Below, piece by piece: positions 1 to 15,379 of a stretch of 64,000 bases of DNA. The notes beneath the pieces were generated by a model. That model had not been told where the DNA came from, searched no databases, and saw only the letters and a program-made list of their open reading frames with translations. Made by a program: the position numbers and the translations under genes. How positions within the stretch are numbered: position 1 is the first letter of the stretch; each line of letters starts with the position of its first letter. The DNA is from the human T2T-CHM13v2.0 reference genome, Homo sapiens, in the NCBI RefSeq assembly GCF_009914755.1, contig NC_060926.1, one strand, 5' to 3'.

Positions 1-3000
1 TTATACAGGGAGAAAAAAGCATGGGACTTTTTACATCGTGTATGAAATATGTAGGTACCGACAGTCTCAGAAAACAGTGTGGGCACATTGGTGACTGAGG
101 TGCTTTTTGCCTGTAGCATAAAATCTGTCTGGAAAGTTCCAGCAATTTCCACTGAGATAGCACATTTGGCAAGATGAGGCTGAGTGTGGTATGTAAGGAC
201 TTTCGGGAAAACTTGTCAGCTTTCACAGGGAAAGGTCCAAGTGTTTATGGGAACTATGAAGTGGTGTTGGGTGGCTCTCAAAGGGATCTGTGGGGTCACT
301 GGGGACAGACGTTTGAAAGCTTTTTGATGGAAGCTCTTCTGAACTTATCAAAATGGTTAAAAGTCTGGCAGTGAGTCTCATGAGAGCAGACTTTCTTGTG
401 AAATTTCTGGTATGGTACTTTCCTGCCGGGGTGAGAACATCTTAGGAGGACAGACTTTCTCATCATATTTTAATTCTTGGGATCTGTGTCCCTGCTAAAC
501 CCAGGAAATGGAGAATCACAGGAAACGGCATTACTTTTCAACCTCTGGGAAGTTAAGATCAGATTTCTCTAGATTTTCAACTGTTTAAGTAAATCAGCTT
601 GCCTAACTTCCTGGCCATCCCCCCTCCCACCAACATAAAAAAGGTGGGGCACAAGAAAAAAAGGGAAAGACAAAAAAGAGGATTTTTGAAAAGTGTAATT
701 TACTTTTCCATAAGTTCCCAGTTTCTACAGACTTCCATCAAACAAGAAAATCAACAAGGTAGTAAATTATAGCTTGTTAACCCTGTTGTACTTAAAACAG
801 GGTTAACCCTGCCTGCTTTTTCTTACCGCTCCCTCAGGGGTATCAGAAGCCTCTTTGACCCTTTGTGTTGTCAGTTATGTGAGGGATCTCCAGCTGCCCA
901 TTATTGGATTTCAGAGAACTTGGTCACAGTTGCAACAAATGAGCATTTTCTTCTTCTAACAGCTCTTTTGAGGCAGACACTGGGATGTGGATCATGAGTC
1001 CGGTCAGTCAGTGTCATCTCACAATTAGCTAATAGTTGGCACATGGAAAGCCTAGTTCCAATCCCCATGGGTCCTTGCGGGAGCCTCCCATTTGTTTACA
1101 GCCTCATTTTACTTCCATTCTCAGCATTCAGTTATCCTTAAACTTTCAAAGAAAAACAAATTTACATAAAAGCTCATGTATGTGTATATGATCTACAAAT
1201 ATTTACAAGGTTACTTTAGAAATGCATGACAGAAATTTTTTCAGTTTTCCAAAATTGCAGTCTACCTTCCAAAACAGAACATGGGATTTAAAAAAGAAAT
1301 AGTGAAATGCAAAACTGGAAACCTGACAAAACTATGAAACTGCTGCTATTTTCTAATATATTTCAGGTCAAATCCTTGTACTTCCCATTTTTAAACAACT
1401 GCCAAATCTTCATTTTTGTATCTACTAGACATCTGTGCTATTGGTTAGCACTATTTCTAGCTATTGTCTGTCCTAAAATAAAGGTAACATATTTTCTGTG
1501 ATTTATAGTCTATCATTATCATAGTGCAGCCTCTGAATGCATGAACTAGAGATTTATTGCACACTCATGTCTTATACCAGACTCATGTAATAGAGGAAAG
1601 GTAAAATGTCTTGGCTTGTTGAGGGCTCCCTTCTTCAAGTAGTTGTCTTTTTGGTGAGGGGTGTGCAGCTTGATTAAACTACGTCACGAAGGTCATTGAC
1701 CAAACGTTGTCTTTAATAGTTTCCCATAACGTGTATTCCTCATAGGGAGCTTTTCTCAGCTCAGGTTATTTCCACCAATGTTCTCAAACCAAAAGAATGG
1801 TCTTTGCAGTAAACCGACAAATTCCCACATTTCATCCTTTATCTCACACGTAAGTGATGACAGCATTTATATTTCTTCTGCTGTCTGGGCCAAGAACAAC
1901 TGGATTAATGAGCCTATCTCTTTTTCATAAGTGCATTATACTCTCTCTTTGACCTTCTAAGCATGGGAATTTTTGATTTTATAAGACTGATTAAAGAGGA
2001 GAATTCCCCATCCCCATGCCACTGTTCTTCTCTTCACATTTCCCCCCCTAAATGGCCAGCCATCAACGAGGATGTATTCAGTAAATATACACACAGACAT
2101 ATACACTCTATGCACACTTTCACATCAACTGGAATGTAGTGTCTATAGCAAAGGTATAAAGCAAAATTTGCTGTAGGATTGCTTTCTTATGTTATAGCAC
2201 ACTCCACAACACTTTTTGAAAGACACTATCACAAAAAGATAAACTGCACAAGTATTTCAAGAAATATATTAGCTAACACTAAATGTATAAAATTTAGGAA
2301 AGATAATCTGACACCCAATTTCCTTTTCAGAAATATATTGGTGATATTTTCATGTGTTCTTACCCATTATTGTTTATTAATATTGTAGTTCCTGAATCCT
2401 GATTATATTTTTATATGTGAATGGCTGATAACTATGTAGGAACAGAAACATGAGAGTATGGCTAAATTCACAAAGCCAGAAGCAAACTACTGCTTCTTTC
2501 ATATCCTTCATTCAGGCACCGCACTGCTTATAAATTTTTATTTTGGACTCAAGAATCTCATTATGAGGTCAGTATTTTCCTCCTATTTTTATTCCAGTGA
2601 AATTTAGCTGATGCTAAGGCAATGAATTGATTATGTCCTAAAAGAGAATGTTGCCAGAGGGCAGTTTCTCAAGACATTGCTAAGTGCACTTGGCTGTTGA
2701 GTAATTAGGCTTCCTGTTCTCAGAGCATCAGAACAAGCAAATGAGAGTTGCCTTAAGGTTTCCTTGTTTAGAACATCACTTATTTTGGCCATTTCAGAAT
2801 CAGGTAAAATCCTTTCTGGTAAAACTTAAACAGTCAGGCAAATTCGTTTATTCTATTAGAGTATCATTTAAATGAAAATATCCCTAGAAATTTCATTTTT
2901 CCTCATTTTTTCTCCATTTGACAAGAACAGAAAAAGGAGCTGGTATCTAACCACTCATAAGTTAATTGCAAATGAAAAAGAGGACTTGGAACTGAAGTAT

Positions 3001-3365
3001 CAAGAAGGAGGCTGGGTCTTTTCCCAAATCCCTAGTTTTACTAAGAATCTGTCAAATAGGGAAATCCCATTTTGCTATCCTACAGGGATCTCATAATGAA
3101 CACATATAAAGAGGAATTTTAAAATTCTTGTCTCCAAACTGTTTCTTCCTTTATCTAGTGCATTTCAATAAATTATGCCATGATCTATGAAGTTGCTTAA
3201 AATAAAAAAAAAAACAAGTACTCTCCTTGATTCCTCCCTTTCTTCAACACCTACAATATATATAGCACGTCCTCTGCTCTGTTTAAATCTCTTGGTACCT
3301 ACTGCTAACACCCTAGCACCTCAGTTTAAATCACCATTATCTTTCACCTAAACTACTGAAATAAC

Positions 3366-3881
3366 TGTGATCAGTCAGAGTCAAATGAGAAAACAGAGTC
3401 AATGCTTGGGAGTATGTAAGAAGCCTAAAATATATGACAAAGGAATTAGAAGGCTGAAAAGCCAACCAAGGATGGTGTGCCAACCCACACAAGTGTTGCC
3501 ATTCCTGCACCTGGAGGGCAGAGGGAGAATATGATATTACCAGGATATTACCAGAGCGTAGGAACCAGGGCCAGTCAGCTGGAGGTGAAACCACAGTGAG
3601 AGGGGCTGTTTAGATCCCTGATTAGAATTAGAACCATGAGGAGATGAGGCCATTACTAGAGATTCTACCAGAAGCAGTGGGAGGGTTGGAATTGGGGGCT
3701 TAATTTATCCCTTCCTGCAGCCTAAACTCATAATTAGGGCTTCCCATTTACCCCACCTAGCTAGAAAGCAGTTGATAAAAAACCTTGAACATGTTTGTAA
3801 AAGCCAATTTCTGGCAAGCAGAATAAGCATGGGAAATGAATCTGTGAGCAGTAAGGAAGTAGGAAGTAAGGAAGTAGCACA
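3366..3881 (-). mobile_element. 3' LTR of an old class III (ERV-L-like) endogenous retrovirus, subfamily uncertain (LTR16/LTR33-like)
   Basis: On the minus strand a polypurine tract AAAAAGGGGTGGAC (3882-3895) is followed directly by TGTG, the ERV-L PPT/LTR junction. The far end reads TGTGATCAGTCAGAGTC on + (~3366). Confidence 0.6.
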
Positions 3882-6500
3882 GTCCACCCCTTTTTCTGTG
3901 CGGCATGCATTTTTGCTAACTATACATCATTTATTCCCATGAAACAATGACTTCATTCTTCTACCTAATAAAATGCAACCCAAAACACAAATGAAGATGC
4001 TGTCACACCTCTCCACAAAAGGGACACAAAAAGTCTCATCTTCACTTTTCATTCTCAAAGTTGAAGGTGGTCAAGTGATACAATGTCCTCTTCATCAGGT
4101 CTTGATGCAGTTTCTCAGAGTGCAGTGATTTGTGAGTCACTATGAAAATCTATGCATCATGAACACTCCCTCATAGATCATATGAATAGAGAAAGAGGAA
4201 AGGGCAAAATAGAAATAATTTGTTAATATATACATAACAAAAGCAGGCAGAGCTAGCATCACCCTCATCATTGTCTCTAATCATGAGTGTGCTGCCTTCC
4301 TTCATTCTTTTATGTTCCTCTTGCCCTCAACCAGAACCTCAATTGGTCAGGGTTATTTATCTGGCTGGTGAACCAAGACTTCCTTCCTGAAGGGTTGGAA
4401 CCCTTAGTGATTTTGGCTTTACTGGATAGTTGCCTTTTGATTTTTACTACTAAGCTTGAAAGTATTAAGGGAAGATGAGAGTAAATCCCATCATGTTTCA
4501 GCAAAACAATTTTCAGTTGTTAGGATCAATCCCCACAACCCCTTTCTTTGGCTGATGGTTCAATGGCAGGAGAAGCCCAAAGTATATCAAGGTGGGGGTT
4601 TCAATTATATTTCAAAGGGACAATTCTTGTGTTATTAATGTAAGTATTTCTTTTTTGGGAACTAAGATCTCTAAATCTGCTGAGTATGAAGTTATAAAGA
4701 CAGCAAAAATGATACAAGTATAGTTATTTAGAGTATTAACAAAAATGGTAATTCCATTTACCCATTTGTTCCAAACCTTTATATTCAGGCCATGAGAGAA
4801 GCAGTACCTTATAATGGTTCCTTGTTCAAAGCACTCAATATTCCTAGGATGTGGTCTCCCAGCTGACTTCATAACTGAATCATCAGTAATTAATTTCATT
4901 GTTCTATTAGGTAAGTTTTCTTCAGACAATAGGGTACACTGCAAGACAAGTGAATTTCATGGGTATAAATTCCTTGCTGCACATTTTGCTGTGAAATGAG
5001 CTTCAACATGTTGTGGGATTCTATGAAGATTAACAGTATATTTTTATAAGTTCATGAAATGATAGTACTGGCAAGAAGCATAGCAAATCCATGTATAGAA
5101 TAGATATCCATCTAATGAAGCCAAATTTCTGCCCCTTCCAAAATGGTTCACTGTTGATTACAGAGGACCACTGTAATCAACCTGCCACCTGAAAGCTGCT
5201 AATCCCTTTGATAATGATGCTCTGTCAGGTATTAAATATTGGTCACTGAGGTTGTACTTAGAAACCATGTTATGGTGATAAAGTGGAGGTGAAGACCATG
5301 CAGTTGAGGCCTTGCATTGCCTCTGTCTGTCATGATGGCATCTTTGTACAGGGACCCATTGGATAAGCACTGGGGAGGGATGCTGCCTGATAGCCTTTGT
5401 ATGAATTATTTTGACAATATGATTGCTGAGAACTTCCTCAAGAGTGGATGTTCTCAACAATCATAGAGCATTTTGCACAGGATACAAACATCTTCATGCT
5501 TTGTGCCCAGTTTTGGTACATTCACATAACTTTTTTCCCAGACAGTGCTCACCAATCTTCTCACACTCTTCTTCCATTTCCTGGCCAACTAGCCACCCAA
5601 CAGTGACTGCCTCTAAATCAGTCTGAACCTCAGGCCATTTCTCTTCCCAGGCATACTAAATAGCAAGACTTCCTGCTCCAAGTTTTGCCCACGAGAGAGG
5701 CTATCTCTTCATCACTTTTCTTTAGGTCCACCTTTGGGTGAGGCTGCAGTAGAATAGCAATCCATGGCTGGCCAGTACCAGCATATGATGTGACCCAGGT
5801 CAGTTTTTCTTTCTCAGCCAAATGGTCATAGGAACTCCCTTGTAGGTCACATGGGTGAATTGAGAGAGGCAGTGATAGTCCCAGCTATTTCACCTGAAAA
5901 TGAAATCAATTATATTGCACCCTTTCAAAAGGCTGCCTCTCTCTTCTAGTCCCTGGAATTACCTACTTGTCACTCTTCTCAGTCATCACATCTTAGGGGG
6001 TGTTAGGAAATCCTCCATTTGGAATATCTTTAGCCCTTCACGTGGGTGCTGTTTTCAGGGGCTGGGAATTGCTTTACTAAGTTTCCACTTTGAACTCCTC
6101 AGTAGGCCTGCATTTTTTTTTTTTTTTTTTTGACTGCACAGACTTGTAACTTGTGGAGTCCTAATTTTTGAATCTGGATCTTCACCTTGAAATATAATTT
6201 CTCCGAAGAGTTCTTTTCCATGGGGATAATGGGGATAATTGTTACCCTCTCTGGTCAAAGCACACATAGGCACGCGTCTGGAGGTGGGACTTGGGAAATC
6301 CAGCCTCCAGCAGTTTCCTCATTTCTTCCTTATTTCCACTTTTATCACAGTAAACTTCCAGTGTCTCTGCTATTGCTCAAAAATTTATCTTGGGGAAGAG
6401 AATTAGTATTTGATAATTCCAGAAATCATGAGAATAACTGATGCTGGACATTTTTCTACAGATGACCTCAACCTCTTGGCCATTTGCTCTGTGTTTCACA
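3882..6500 (-). mobile_element. Degenerate ERV-L-class internal region (pol: RNase H and integrase remnants; ERV3-16A3/HERV16/ERVL-E-like)
   Basis: ORF 5158-5460(-) ends in WQVDYSGPL, matching the ERV-L integrase motif WQVDYIGPL. ORF 5630-5821(-) resembles ERV-L RNase H (EEEKTRAWFTDGSARYAGT...LQP...SGEGKS). ORF 4310-4504(-) has GSNPSGRKSW, similar to GPDPSGMKVW. Many stops and frameshifts. Confidence 0.75.
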
Positions 6501-6790
6501 CAGGACTTTACTGAAGACTCTAAGGAGGACCTGTATCTGTTGGGATCCTCAGGGCAAGCCACAGAAACAAGCTTTGGATACTAGAAGCAGAAAATGGAGA
6601 TATTGAAGACTATTGTGGAGTTTACTGTGAGCCAGAGAACCAGGCTGGGGGGCTGTATCACTTAGAATGAGATCCAAACTCACACCATAGTTCCATCCTT
6701 GAGGTTGCCATGTTGCTGCCACCCCTCCTGCCACCCCACCACTGAAGCTTTGGATGCTGGATTCTGGGCACAGCAGGGAGAAGTGTTGCT
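6500..6790 (-). mobile_element. Possible partial 5' LTR of the same ERV-L-class element
   Basis: GC-richer LTR-like segment at the upstream end of the internal region; similarity to 3366-3881 is only loose by eye. Confidence 0.3.
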
Positions 6791-6859
6791 TATTACCATT
6801 TTAGTATGTTTTCTTTCAAGACCTTTTCAAAATATACATACGTATTTTTATTTCTATTC

Positions 6860-7190
6860 AAAATGGGATACATTTTTGAAGGTTAGCAATATATTGTGAA
6901 CATTTTCTTTCCATGCTCAGAAACATTTTTCTATAATGTAATTTATAGTGATATAAACTATCTCATAGACCTACCATAGTTTACCTAACAAATCCCAAAT
7001 CATTTGTGCCATTTCTAAATTTTTATTATTTTATGTAATGCTTTAATGAACATCCTTGCATTTATATTTTATACAATTTTAGAAGTGGAATTACTGGTTC
7101 AAAATACATGGTGATTTTTAATTCTTCTGTTGAATATTGACAAATTGCAATCCTGAGAGTTATCTTGAAGGATAGAGTACATGCCCAGGG
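6860..7190 (-). mobile_element. Ancient L1 (L1M/L1ME) 3' fragment
   Basis: ATGAACATCCTTGCAT...AGAAGTGGAATTACTGGTTC is typical antisense L1M ORF2-end/3'UTR sequence. Confidence 0.6.
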
Positions 7191-7414
7191 TTCTTTTTTA
7201 AGAAATAATTTGTAATGTGAAACAGAATAGGCTAAATGTTTTTTATTCTCTTAGTCCTACTCTGTCATTCTGCAGAGTTTCACTTATTTGGATTCAAATT
7301 CTAATTCCAGCCTACCTCTCTTTTTATATAATTGTTAGGAGGATTAAATTAGATGCATAAAATTGCTGCTTACTACATACATTGCACAAACTAAAAACTT
7401 TTCAAAGGTTAACT

Positions 7415-7722
7415 GTTTTTCTGGTTTATTTTTAAGACACAGGTTCTTGCTCTGTTGCCCAGGCTGGAGTGCAGTGGTGTGATCACGGCTCACTATAGCC
7501 TCATCCTGCTGCACTGAAGTGATCCTCTTGCCTCAGCCTCCTGAGTAGCTAGGACTACAGGCACGTGCCACCATACCCAGCTATTTTTTTAAAAATACAT
7601 TTTTGTTGAGGCTGGGTCCCCTTTGTTGTCCAGGCTGGTCTTAAGCTCCTGGCCTCAAGCAATCCTTCCACTTCTACCTCCCAAAGTGTTGAGATTAGAG
7701 GTGTGAGCCACTCCACCTGACC
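7415..7722 (-). mobile_element. Alu (AluJ-like) with TSD
   Basis: Antisense Alu dimer; target-site duplication CAAAGGTTAACT at 7403-7414 and 7723-7734. Confidence 0.95.
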
Positions 7723-10481
7723 CAAAGGTTAACTATTATTATTGTTATTATTAGTCTGTTTTTTTCCATTCATTTCCTCATTAGTCAACTTTTATTGTTT
7801 CAATGTTATTTTATTGTTTTTCAAAGACTCCTTATAGTCACAATATGTACATAATAAATTTTACCCTTTAAGGACACTGAGGTTCCAAATGAAAATGATA
7901 TTTTTAAGGTGAAACAATTATAGATAGAAAAACAACTTTTTTTTCTGTGAGTACTAGATTTCATATTATCCTTAATGTCTTTCTAGGTAGTAACCAAGTG
8001 ATTTCTCATAAACTGGAAAACATTATTCCCACTGATATTCTTAAAAACATTTAGGATTAAAAAATGTATTTTAAATTCTTCTTGACAGAAATCATTTATT
8101 GCAATTACATTGCCAATTCATATATATATTACATATATGTCACCTTGACTTATAGTAACCTGAAGGGGAAATTTGTAGGTTTAGCAAATCCCTTCGAGTA
8201 ACACCCACAGAACTGAAATCTTATTCCATTTCTTGGTGGTCTTCTACCAATCCAGTCCTCCTGAGGACCATAAAAACTATTGGTTCCTCTCCTAAACTGC
8301 TGTAAAATATATCCTGTGAGACCCAGGGGAAAATCTTTCTGAGGTTGAGCATTCCATGGAGACTCAATATTCCAGATTTTGAAATGTAGCTAGAAGTGGA
8401 AATGGATTTATTTCTCAGGATCTCTTTGTTCATAATTAAGGATATAAAAAATAGAGTTCAGAATGTGAGTGAAATGTAACTGAAAAGGAAAGCCTTGATT
8501 TTACATATAAAATATCTTTACCAGATGGGTGAAGTAAGGTAACTTAAGACAATACTTAAAATTCAATAACAATGATGAAACTATGAAATACAAAACTTCT
8601 GGCACCCATAAGCTAGTTCCTAGAAAGAAGGTTATCATATATTGTTAATGTGTTCACACACCTAACAAATGTTAATGTGTTCATTACATTTAAGGCATGA
8701 GAACTTACACATCATTCAATGGTGATATTAATAATAATTCAGTAATCATTAATGATGTACATGCTGTTAATAACCACAGGGCAAGTTTATTTTTCTGTTT
8801 TCTCTGAGTTCACTTGACTTTCCCTAATTTCTGAAGAATTCATTCTTTTCTTTGTGTGCTAAGAAAGAAAGGCATTAATATTTATTTAATTTTAGTCATT
8901 CATTTAAATATAGTCTATCTTGTTCTAAAATGTATTTATGGCCAACATGTTTCTATTTGTTGTCAAGAATTCTTTAATAATTTGTGTATTTTTCTAGCAG
9001 TATTGTCTTCCATTTTTCCCTCCACTCATTGGGAAAAATTGCTGATTTCTTTCTTTCCCTTCCTCAAAGTCATCAAATATAGAACACAATCCCTTGTGTG
9101 CTCAATAAAATATCCCTATGGAATTCAAAGTCTTTGATAACATTTAAATTTGGTCTTGGGTTGCAGTGACATAGACTTAGTTATCACATTGGCACTCGCT
9201 TAATTAAACCTTTCTGCATGATTGAAAACCCTGGTTCCAATGTCTTGAGTTCTGAGATCTGTTTCAGCAGAAAAAGCCCATTTTTTTGTTATGCATTCAA
9301 GGCTTGTGTTCTTTAACTGTATTCTGGAGAGAAGGGAAGGCATTCACAGTTTTTGAGTATCTACCATATGAATTATTTTTTTTCTTAGTAATCCTCACAG
9401 TCACCTTTTGTTTTATTACCTTGTCCATTTTAAGAATGTGTAAAAAAGTGTAATGCTAATTAGTAAAGCTGAGATTCAAATCCAGCTTCACCTTCATTTT
9501 TTCAAACAGCAAACATGTATCATATGCCTTATTGTATAAGAAAAGTTGTCCTAAGTTGTCCTAAGTTATAGAAGTGCTATAGTGGTAGAATTGATTGCAA
9601 AGTTGCTTCATATTCTGCAATACTGTTGCTGAAACTATTTTAGGTATGTCCTTGGTATTTCTCAAATATTAGAATTCTAATGTAGTAAAATCAAATTTAA
9701 TTTGCAACTGAATCATGCACAAACTAAACAGCAGCAAACAAAAATACACTGATCGTGTCTACACTGGCATGGTCATTAACAGTGACAAGGTCTTCATGTA
9801 GTCTGGTTTAGTCTGAGAATCTGCAGCCTGGAATATTCATCTGGACTCAAAGCAAATACTCAGCTGGTATGTTCCAGTACACCCATAGCCAGAGGTAGAT
9901 TTTCATGAAACTGATCATATGAAACTTATTTATACTTAGGATCCTGGTAGAGGCCCTAGTAATAATCTTTTTTCCTGTTTTTTTCTTTTCTTTATTTGTG
10001 AAAGTAAGACAATTTGTATTTATTTTCTTCATGGACATATTCCAAATTGTATAAATGTTAGTCTGAACAAATCATTTATCCATGTCTAGTTGTATTAATT
10101 TTAAAAATATTGACCTACTTATATAACTGGTTAATTAGTCCTCAGGCATTATCCCTACACTCTAGCTCCAAGGGCTTCTCCTTAGAAATCATCTGGATAT
10201 CTTTATGATCCAGCAACGGAAAGATTATATCAGCACAGCAGGGAGACTGCAGGACTGTGCCCCAGGTCCAAGGGTGGCATCTGTTTGGATTGGTTGTTAC
10301 ATGTGCTGTTATCAGTGGTTAAATATTTTGAATATCACCCCAAGTAAACCTGAAAATCTAACTAAATTTCAAAACTCTCATAGCTATTGAAGGACACTCT
10401 TAAAGCAACTCCAACTATTTTGTCAGGATATATTATTCATATGTAGAATAGCTGTATATGTGTGCATATATACAGCATGTT

Positions 10482-10514
10482 TGTGTGTGTGCATGTGTGT
10501 GTGTGTGTGTGTGT
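10482..10514. repeat. (TG)n microsatellite
   Basis: Visible TG run. Confidence 0.9.
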
Positions 10515-10559
10515 ATGAGTAGAATAGTCCTAAAGGAATGTTCAACATTAAACATAAAA

Positions 10560-10770
10560 TGCCAAGGAATCTTCTGAGGTATTGGTATTTTCTGTTTCTT
10601 ATCTGTGTGCTGATTATAGAGGTATGTTAAGTTTGTGAAAATTCAGAGAGCTATACAATTATGTGCAATTTTGGCATTACATTATCATTAAATACAAAGT
10701 TTAAAAAAATGGAGTAATAGTTTTCCAAAGAGATTGTACTAATTTATATTCCCACCAGCAATGTATTTAA
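10560..10770. mobile_element. Old L1 3'-end fragments (L1ME-like), in both orientations
   Basis: GTTTGTGAAAATTCAGAGAGCTATACA... (sense) and TTTTCCAAAGAGATTGTACTAATTTATATTCCCACCAGCAATG (antisense). Confidence 0.55.
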
Positions 10771-11539
10771 CGTAGGCCTTTAAAGGAAATTCTAAAAGAA
10801 AATACAAACATATCCGTAATTTTACCAACAAAATACATCTCTTTTTAATTTTTATGTATCCCTTACCATTTTGGCAATTTTAAAAAATAATCCTTTTTTG
10901 AGCTAAGAAGAGAGAATGAGGACAAGTTAGATACAATCGCAGCTCATTGTCATGTGTCTACAAATAATATTTACTAATAGAATACTAGATTAAATTTTGC
11001 CTGTTAACCATATCATATAAAAATGGCTGGGTACATTTTTACAAAACTTGGAGTTTACGTTTAAGATGGCTTGACCTAAAAGTGTAGTTTACCTAGCATA
11101 CAAAGAATTTCTCTTGTAAGTCACGCAATTTTGCAAAGACATATGTAATTATTATCCAGAGCAGCTGATGTAAGGCTAATTGGGAGAAAAAAAGACGTAT
11201 AAAAGCAGGTGCTACTGACAGAAAGAACAAGCTGTGTTTTCAGCACAACCTCCAATTGGAACGACCCAAGGTGGACACTTAGAATGGAAGGCTGCTCCTC
11301 ACAATGGCATCGACAACTAGGACATCCTTCCTGACTCTTCCCTTGAGTCCTTGAGTTCTTCACACTCCGCTGCTTTCCTCCTACCTCATCTTTCTTTCTT
11401 TCTTTCTTTTTTTTAGTTTGTTTTTCTGTCTCCTTCTTGTCCTATTTGTAATTCTCCCCTGTTCCTCTGTGCTGTCCTGGGCTTCTTCTCTTCTTCCTAC
11501 CTTCTCCTTCTCTAAGCGAACTTTTTCAGTCCTGTTTTT

Positions 11540-12899
<1,360 letters not shown>

Positions 12900-12900
<1 letters not shown>

Positions 12901-13160
12901 TCAATTAAATATTTATTGGGTATCTTCTGTTCAGCACACTAATTGTCTTGAAGGAAGAAAAAACAGATTCACTCAAAATAAGTTGAAACTTCTAAACTAC
13001 CAGACCTCTAAACAATTAGAGGATAAAGGATGACAGTAGGCAATTAAGTGCTAAAATGTGTGGTACAGAGTGAAACTGCTAGAGGAATGCTAGGGAGGAA
13101 GAGATCATCTGGGGTTCCAACCACTAGGCGAGTCTTCCCTGAATAGGTGGGGCTTCCATG
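12900..13160 (-). mobile_element. L2 3' fragment, tail-to-tail with the preceding L2
   Basis: ATATTTATTGGGTATCTTCTG... and AGTGCTAAAATG...GAGGAAGAGATCA resemble antisense L2. Confidence 0.45.
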
Positions 13161-14409
13161 CACATAGAATTTGGTCACTTCAAACAACAAATATAATTTT
13201 TTACTCTCCCATAGCCAAGCCTTAATTATAACAATTATTGATTTTTTTTACAGCAGTTCTTTTGTGGTTGTAAAAGGCTTCATAAATATGTTATTATTTA
13301 AAATTCCTTTTTCATCTTGACATAGTCATATGTTTCTTTGCTTTTTGTACCACTGGTTTGAGTGACATCAGGAAATACTGCTTTTGCTCTAGAGAGACTG
13401 TCCTAAATTGGAGCCTTCAGAAGGAATGGCGTTCATGGCACCAAAGTGACACCCCCTTCCCACCCCCAGCAGCAGATGAAATATTTCAAAGGGGACATCT
13501 GCCACCACCAGTGAGATTTTACGGAGTACCCACACATGTAGACTCACTAAAGTGGGCATGACAGCTGAAAAATATTAAAAGTGTGTGTGTTTTTAAAAAC
13601 AACTTATGGTTAGGAATTAAGAAATGACTTTTAAATAAGAACAGAATTTTTTTTTTTTTTGCAAGTGTATACTTTTTTTTTCTTTTTTCTTTTTTTTCTT
13701 TTTTTTTTTTGTTGAAGACCCCACACTTGCAAAACCTTTTAGGTCATGTGTTTGCTTTACGAAACATTTGGCAAGTAATAGGTGCCATGGGAATATATCC
13801 ACTCCATCTGGAATCAGCAGATCCTCCTGGTTTCACTGTACCTGAATTACCACCGGTCCCCATGGCTTACAAATGTTTTTGTTTTCTGTCTTTAATAAAT
13901 TTTGGATGCAATAATTAAATGGAGGAGTCTTAGTAAAGTCAGTTCTTCCTTAACATTTTGTAAGGCAAATCTTAGGGAAGAAAGCAAATGCATATTTGCC
14001 AATTTGATGTTTACAAAAATGAAACCTGCATGGAATGGAATTACTTATTTTCTCAGAAGAGCATTTCCTTTCATAAAATGAAGCCCAGTGAATACACGTT
14101 ATTTTTGACCTAGTTCCCCCCCACCCCACCCTAGTAGAAAACTTTTTAAAGGCATTTAATTTTATTTGGATAATCACAAGTTATGGGTCATGTTGTCCTA
14201 ACTTTTATGTTCCTTTTAAAAATTGAACAGATATTGAAACTGGAAAGAGGATTTCGTTATCTGATCCATTTATGGTCAGAGCAAGATTGTTTCTTGCTAT
14301 ATATTTTTGGATTTTTAATTTTTGTCATCAACTGAGGATGGTTATATCACTTCACAAATAGCTTTCTAGATTTCCACTGCTTTAATCATTTTGTTTTGCT
14401 TTGCCTTGC

Positions 14410-14462
14410 TTTATTTTGCTTTATTTTATTTTATTTTATTTTATTTTATTTTATTTTATTTT
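14410..14462. repeat. (TTTTA)n microsatellite
   Basis: Visible pentanucleotide run. Confidence 0.9.
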
Positions 14463-14947
14463 AAGGGGGAGGTCATGTACAAAATCAGGCTTATAATCTC
14501 ACAAATACAGCATCCCTTGTTTGATATTTGGATCTTTCTTCTTTCATTTTGGCAAGAAATACTGTGGGAATAAGTGTTTCTGCCAAGTATCAGTTATTTA
14601 AATATTTCATTATCTCACAAAATAAAAAAGAAGATGGAAAAAAATAGCTTCTTTAAGACAATTGGACAAAGACAAATTCCTGATCTATCTGAAGCCCGAG
14701 TTCTTGCCCTTTCTTTAGAACACTAGACTTTTTAGAAAGTCCCTTTTAAAAGTTTTGAAAGTATTCATACTATTAAATCCAGTTATGACAATTGAAGATA
14801 GTTTTCTAAGAAACAAATCTTGGTGTCAAAGAAAGAGCTTTCTTCCTATGTAAGCAAAAGCAAAACAAAATGGAATAGCAACAACCAAGAAAAATATAAT
14901 AATAAAGTATTAACCTTAATACATTATTATTAGGAGGAAGAAAACAC

Positions 14948-14950
<3 letters not shown>

Positions 14951-14989
<39 letters not shown>
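14951..14989. repeat. (CA)n microsatellite
   Basis: Visible CA run. Confidence 0.95.
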
Positions 14990-14991
<2 letters not shown>

Positions 14992-15379
14992 CACAATTTT
15001 TCATTGATCTTCAATAGCTCCTCTTTCTTATTACACATATCTTACTATACTTATATGTCTAATTGAAAAGACTCAAAAGACCAATAGTGATAAGAAGAAC
15101 TGGGATTGTGTGTGTGTGAGAGAGAGAGAGAAAGAGAGAGCAAGCAAAAGAGAGAGAAAGCAGACTGCACAAAACCAAATATCCCGTATGGAAATTAACT
15201 ATTTTTATGTGCTAAAACTTTTTGCTTAATTGCTGCAAAATACAACTTTGTATTTGGTGATGAGCTTATAAACCTGAAGATTTTGGCTGCTAAAGATAGT
15301 AAAAATCTAAGTATATCTAAATAGGTCTAGTTTTACTATTAACAATATATTATCTGATGTATCTGGCAAGAAACATTTC

